Position numbers and translations under genes: made by a program. Below the pieces are notes generated by a model. The model saw only the letters and a program-made list of their open reading frames with translations. It did no database searches and was not told the origin of the DNA. Positions 61,100-64,000 of a stretch of DNA of 64,000 nucleotides are shown here, piece by piece. The DNA comes from Mobula hypostoma (taxonomy: Eukaryota). Positions within the stretch are counted from its first letter, which is position 1. Each line of letters starts with the position of its first letter. The DNA lies in NCBI RefSeq assembly GCF_963921235.1, contig NC_086097.1, positions 233,618,001-233,682,000 on the forward strand. The letters run 5' to 3'.

Positions 61100-64000
61100 T
61101 TTGGGTGCCACTCTGTTTCTTTCAGGGCCTGTGGAGTGGTATCAGGTTCGGTAGGTGTCTTGTCTAAGACGACATTCTTGGTTGCTGGTGTCACATTGCT
61201 GTGAGTGACATAAGAGGTAAGCCCAGTCACTGTAATGTGTCCGTCTGTTGGATGTAATCGACTCAGGTGTGTTTTTCAATTAAGTATCTCCACGACTGAT
61301 CTCCAACATCCACTGTGTACATCAGTGGTCCAGTTCGTGTAGCTATCCTACCGGGTGTCTACTTGTCTTCTTGGTAGTCACGTGCTAGGGCTTCCTGTCC
61401 AATCTCGGGGCTCCTTGCTGCTTCACTTGACAAATAGCTGAATTGTTTATTCTGTACTTCCCGCTGGAGGTCTGGTTTCAGTAGGTCTATGTGAGATCTC
61501 AGATTCCTGCTCATGAACAGCATTGCAGGTGTTTGATTTGTTGTCACATGAACAGAGTTCTGATACAAAAAAAAGTTGTCTACCTTGTGCTGTAGAGAAA
61601 TATCGTCCTTGTTCATAGTTATAATGGACTTCCTGAATGTTTGGATAAACCTTTCAGCTAACCCATTCATTGCTGGGTAGTGAGGAGCTGACTTGAAATG
61701 TCTGATGCCATTTTTCTTCATGAACAGTCAGAATTCTTCTGATGTGTATTGTGGTCTGTTGTCACTCACAATTTTTTTCTGATGAAGATAGCCCTCTCGG
61801 CAGAGACAGCCTTTGCTGGGGTGGTTGACTTCATTGGTGTAACCTTTGACCACTTTGAATGAACATCCATAGCAATCAGAAACATGGAGTCCATGAGTGG
61901 CCCAGCAAAGTCAATATGTAATCTTTGACAGAGGTTGATAGGTTCTGAATGGACATGGCATCAAAGGTCATGGGCAGAAGGCCGGGAACTGGGGTTGAGG
62001 AGGAGAAGGAAAAAGGATCAGCCATGTTTGAATGGCAAAGCAGGCTCAATGGGCCAGATGGCCTAAATTTGCTCCTTTGTCTTATGGTCTATGGATATAG
62101 TGAAGACAGCCATCCCCATGGGTGTAACGGAGCCTGTGGGAGTGCATTTTGAACTTCTTGGCATCCCAAAAAGCTCCTGGCCAAGCCTTCGATCTACTTA
62201 TCTATTACCGGCCGCCACATGTAGCTCCACGCAAGACTCTTCATTTTGACTGTACTGAGATGTTCTTCATGCAGGTTCTCTAACACTCTGGTATGCAGTT
62301 TAGAGGGAACCATAACAAGGGATCCTCACACCAGCGTTCTTTGACATGCCGACAATTGGTCTTGTCTCACTGTGAACTGTGGAAACATAGGGTTACCATG
62401 AGCTGGCCATCCTTGCATGGTGATGTCATGGACTTTTAACAATGTCAAGTCATTCCTTGTTTCACTTTGTATTTCTGAATTTGTTACCAGCAACTGGTCC
62501 ACCAATGCTGTGTGAAACACTTCTGCTGGGTCACAGTGTGAAGACTTTTCGTCTTCAGTTGCTAACAGTGGAAGACACGACAAGGCATCAGCGTTGCTGT
62601 GTTTTGGTACTCTTGAACTCTATGTCATAAGAATGGGCTCCTAGGAACAGTGCCTAATGTTACAACCGTGTAACAGTCGTCACTGGAATTCTCTCCCCGG
62701 GATTGAAAATAGACTCAAGGGTCTGGTGACCTGTCACTAACGTAAACGTTTGTCCATAGAGGTAGTAGTGGAACTTCTTTATTCCCATACAAGACAAGGG
62801 CCTCTTAGTCGATCAGTGCATAGTTGTGTTCTGCACTCGTCAGTGATACTGACACAAAAGCAATCGAACGTTCAGATTCGTCTTTCATAATGTGTGACAA
62901 AATGTCCCCAATGCCAGAAGGGAATGCATCGTACACAGATTGACGGGCAGCGGTAGGTCATAATGGGTCAGCAGTTCATCTGATGTAATTACTCTCTTTG
63001 TTTCTTTGAATGGTCTTTCTCATCTTTCTGACCATTCTCACCTTGCTCCTGTCTTCACAGTGCATTCAATGGATGCAGCACTGTAGCAATGTTTGGGAGA
63101 AACCAGCGATAATTATTGACATGGCTCAAGTATGACCTGAGTTGTGAGACATTTTCTGGTTTGGGGGCCTGCACCACTGCTTCAGTCTTCTCTTGTGACT
63201 TATGTAAGCTATGCTTGTCAATGACATGTCTACTATATGAGACTACATTCTTGAAAAACTCACGTCTTTGCATGCAGACCATACTCTCTTAGCCTGGTAA
63301 GCACTTTACCAAGTCTCTAGAGGTGCTCTTCACCACTCTCGCCAGTCCTGATGATGTCATCAAGGTAACGTTGTGTTCCTGGGATATCTTGGAGCACTTG
63401 GTCCATTGTTCTTTGCCAAATTGCTGGAGCTGATGCAACACCAAAGACGAGACAGTCCCTTGGTGAGTGTTGATTGTGAGGGACTTTTTGCATGACTCTT
63501 CAATCTCCATTTGCAGATAGGTTAGTGACAAGCCAATCTTTGAAAACCTCTCCTCGCTTGCCAAGGACGCAAAAACGTCTTCTATTCGTGGCAGAGGGTA
63601 CTGCACATGATGCTCTCTTTGAAATCCCAACATATGCAAACAGCTCCGGCCTTCTCTTTCTTAATCTTTGGGATGATGGGCATGGCCCAATCGCTGCTCC
63701 GAACCTTGGAGAAAATTCCAGGTGCCTCCAAGCTCTGAAGTTCAGCATCCACTTTAGGATGCAATGCATAAGGGACTGGATGTGCTTTATGGAATCTTGG
63801 CGTTGCTGCTTCATTCAGTTCAATTCTGGCTTTCATGCCTATGAGTTTACCAACTCTCTTCCCAAACACTTTCTTGTTAGCATTAAGCAGCTGTGCCAGT
63901 TTCTGGTTTGTGCTACCATTTGGGCTGCAGTTGCCTGCTGATGCTGCATTGAAAGCTTTGATTGTGTGCCAGTCTAGTTAAATTTTTCTTAATCATTCAT
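61100..64000 (-). mobile_element. Decayed Ty3/Gypsy pol (RT, RNase H, integrase), running off the window
   Basis: QYPLPRIED, RSYLSHVNNY, SAPHYPAMNGLAERFIQTF; frameshifts and stops; CR1 tail inserted at about 61928-62095. Confidence 0.9.

Noticed and set aside
1..64000. CRISPR arrays, rRNA or prokaryotic systems
   Set aside because: No repeat-spacer arrays or operon structure; the sequence is vertebrate repeat-rich DNA

Overview
Eukaryotic, non-coding (intronic or intergenic) DNA packed with transposable elements. The repeat types suggest a cartilaginous fish, probably a ray or skate (inference only). No host protein-coding gene could be identified. Contents: one apparently intact two-ORF CR1 LINE (about 20.2-24.3 kb), two decayed copies of a second CR1 family, and many CR1 3' fragments; a long Penelope-like element (RT plus GIY-YIG) nested in a Tc1/mariner-type MITE; decayed Gypsy elements, a chromovirus remnant and solo LTRs; Rex1/Babar and Tx1 LINE fragments; tRNA-derived SINEs; hAT MITEs; and a tRNA-Ala pseudogene. 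Three signals stand out. (1) Both divergent CR1 families end ORF1 with an in-frame T TTA AAC heptamer directly before the stop codon, and ORF2 is open in the -1 frame with no usable ATG, which suggests programmed -1 ribosomal frameshifting. (2) The Penelope terminal repeat carries a minimal hammerhead ribozyme motif. (3) Head-to-head inverted Penelope termini recur, several joined at the ribozyme core and one flanked by a 13-bp target-site duplication (TSD). Coordinates of old repeats are approximate and read by eye.
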